Shown piece after piece: positions 62,401 to 64,000 of a DNA stretch of 64,000 nt (position 1 is its first letter; each line of letters opens with the position of its first letter). The stretch covers positions 26,598,001 through 26,662,000 of the forward strand of contig NC_135760.1 in the NCBI RefSeq assembly GCF_052425735.1, given 5' to 3'. The notes beneath the pieces are model-generated. The model saw only the letters and a program-made list of their open reading frames with translations, did not search any database and was not told the origin of the DNA. The position numbers were made by a program, and so were the translations under genes. This stretch comes from Oculina patagonica (lineage: Eukaryota).

Positions 62401-63849
62401 TGGATCAACCACTGTATAAAACATATTATGTTTGGTTTTTAGACTGGATCTAAAACCACTGATCCAAAGGAAAACAGAAACAAGCCAACAAGGAGTTTAG
62501 TGACCCTGGATGACCTGAAGAAAGTCAAGTTGAGAAAAGTGAAGCAAGTTGTTGAAATGGACAAGGAAAACGCTGAACCTGAATCTGAAACAATGGGCTT
62601 CAAGTTGCAACCTAGTCGAAAGCCTTCAGAGAAGAAGCTTAACCAAAAAAGTGATGTACAATGTGTTATTTCTTTGAGGGAGATAAAGAATGTGACATTG
62701 AAAAGAACAAAGGCAGAAACAGAGATGGAAAAAATTAAATTAAGGTAAAAATTTGTTTCATATCCTTTCAGTGTTCTCCCTAGGATTTTGGGAAGGCCAG
62801 GTGATATTCTGACTGTGATTTTTAAATGCCGTCAAAACCTGATTTGCGGAACTTGTTCCCCAACGTTACTATGACACTTTTCTGTCTTTTTTCCAGAGTA
62901 AAATTTGCTAATTTTAGTTTTCCTTTCTGAGCAACCCAAGTCGGCTGAGTTCACCATTCTTTAAACGAACACGAGAACTTTGTTTAGTATTCCATGTACA
63001 ACACCTTGAAGTGCTGTTGTGTTTCTGTAGCAGTTTGATAAAGCTAAGGTAGCTTCTGCTCAACAAAACGAATGCATCACACTCACAGATTTAAACACAT
63101 TAATGCAAGGGTAAATGACTTTTATAAGGATATTAAAGGTGCGAAAACACAGTACTTAAAAAAGTGATTTCGTCTTTGCTTATGGATAGGAATTCCCGTT
63201 CCAGATCTCAAACAGTTAAGGGTTATGTTGTGAACTACATCTTCAATTTTTAAGCCAGGCAGCAACGATTTTCCTGTGAATCAAGCTAGCTAGGCGGCCC
63301 ACCTGGCCTTAAATACCTAGGGAGAACACTGCCTTTAAACTGATCATTACGGTTAACCACAGTTCTAAATACAATCATTTCATTGGATGTGTGCATCTGT
63401 TGTCAATGTGTTATTACACAGGAATGTACAATAATTAGCGGCATTAAAGTTTATATTTACCATGTGAGTGACCTTGGGTTATGAAATCTTTCAAAATTAT
63501 TACTGAAAGAGTTTTTAAGATCAAGAGAAACTCAAGGTTACCAGAAATTGTAAAAATATCAATATATTGTTAACTTGTCACAATAACTGATTTTTAGCTG
63601 ATGTAAAGATTTGATTGTGTTGTTTACGTAGAAAGTTAAAACTTTTGTTTACTGGAAAAAATATTTCTGTTTAATACATTCATCAATGAAAACAGAACTC
63701 CTGAAGAAATGGTGGTAATGAGGCATAACCTGCGCAAAGTTAATATTACACGAAGTCCTGGTGGAACTCCTCTAGTGTCAGGCAAAAACTGTGAACATGG
63801 AACGGGTCTGACACCAATGATGACTAGGGCACTCAGGAGAAAATTCCAG
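59402..63849 (+). CDS. PRR11: Proline-rich protein 11-like; last exon lies outside the window or was not identified
   Basis: Exons 59402-59827, 60489-60617, 61431-61598 (polyproline), 62443-62744, 63696-63849, all frame-consistent. C-terminal [15 protein letters not shown]...[17 protein letters not shown] matches my recollection of the PRR11 C-terminus. Confidence 0.85.
59900..60406. mobile_element. CAG..CTG non-autonomous element with 6-bp TSD (hAT6-like)
   Basis: gttaca|cagggtctggaaggg ... cccttccagaccctg|gttaca; internal ATCCCG repeats. Confidence 0.8.
62769..63331. mobile_element. CAG..CTG non-autonomous element with 5-bp TSD (hAT5-like)
   Basis: ccttt|cagtgttctccctagg ... cctagggagaacactg|ccttt. 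Confidence 0.82.
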
Positions 63850-64000
63850 GTAACTTTGATGTGCATAGGATTATGTAATGTGATGCCAGATACATGTAAT
63901 AAGACCATCAATGGTACTGCAGTTCAAGTTTTTAATGATTCTGAGGAAGTCCAGATGGTAAAGTACTTATTTATTATATAATTAAGTGGAACATATTTCT

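Overview
Intron-rich, AT-rich animal genomic DNA. The repeat content and gene set suggest a cnidarian, probably a stony coral (inference). Positions 1-38 kb hold a cluster of DOMON-domain genes built from a repeated three-exon cassette (A/B/C), each ending in a hydrophobic GPI/TM-type tail. The cluster comprises a 5'-incomplete gene with at least 4 tandem DOMON domains (559-9502), an orphan in-frame 3' cassette with an internally deleted domain (17648-20023) and a complete two-DOMON gene (26770-37873). A MYND zinc-finger gene lies between them on the minus strand, with an apparent 1-nt defect at its start. The cluster's 3' flank is segmentally duplicated (about 12.5-17.6 kb vs 38.7-43.6 kb). 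The right third holds an intronless atypical class A GPCR, RPL23A (4 exons, 5'TOP), and an intronless tropomyosin-like gene head-to-head with a PRR11-like gene across an NF-Y + E2F/CHR promoter. Many non-autonomous DNA transposons, SINEs, a Helentron-type element, a RecQ/Academ-like helicase relic and a Penelope-type inverted repeat with hammerhead ribozyme motifs are also present. All gene models were spliced by eye from GT-AG sites and frame continuity; no database searches were run.
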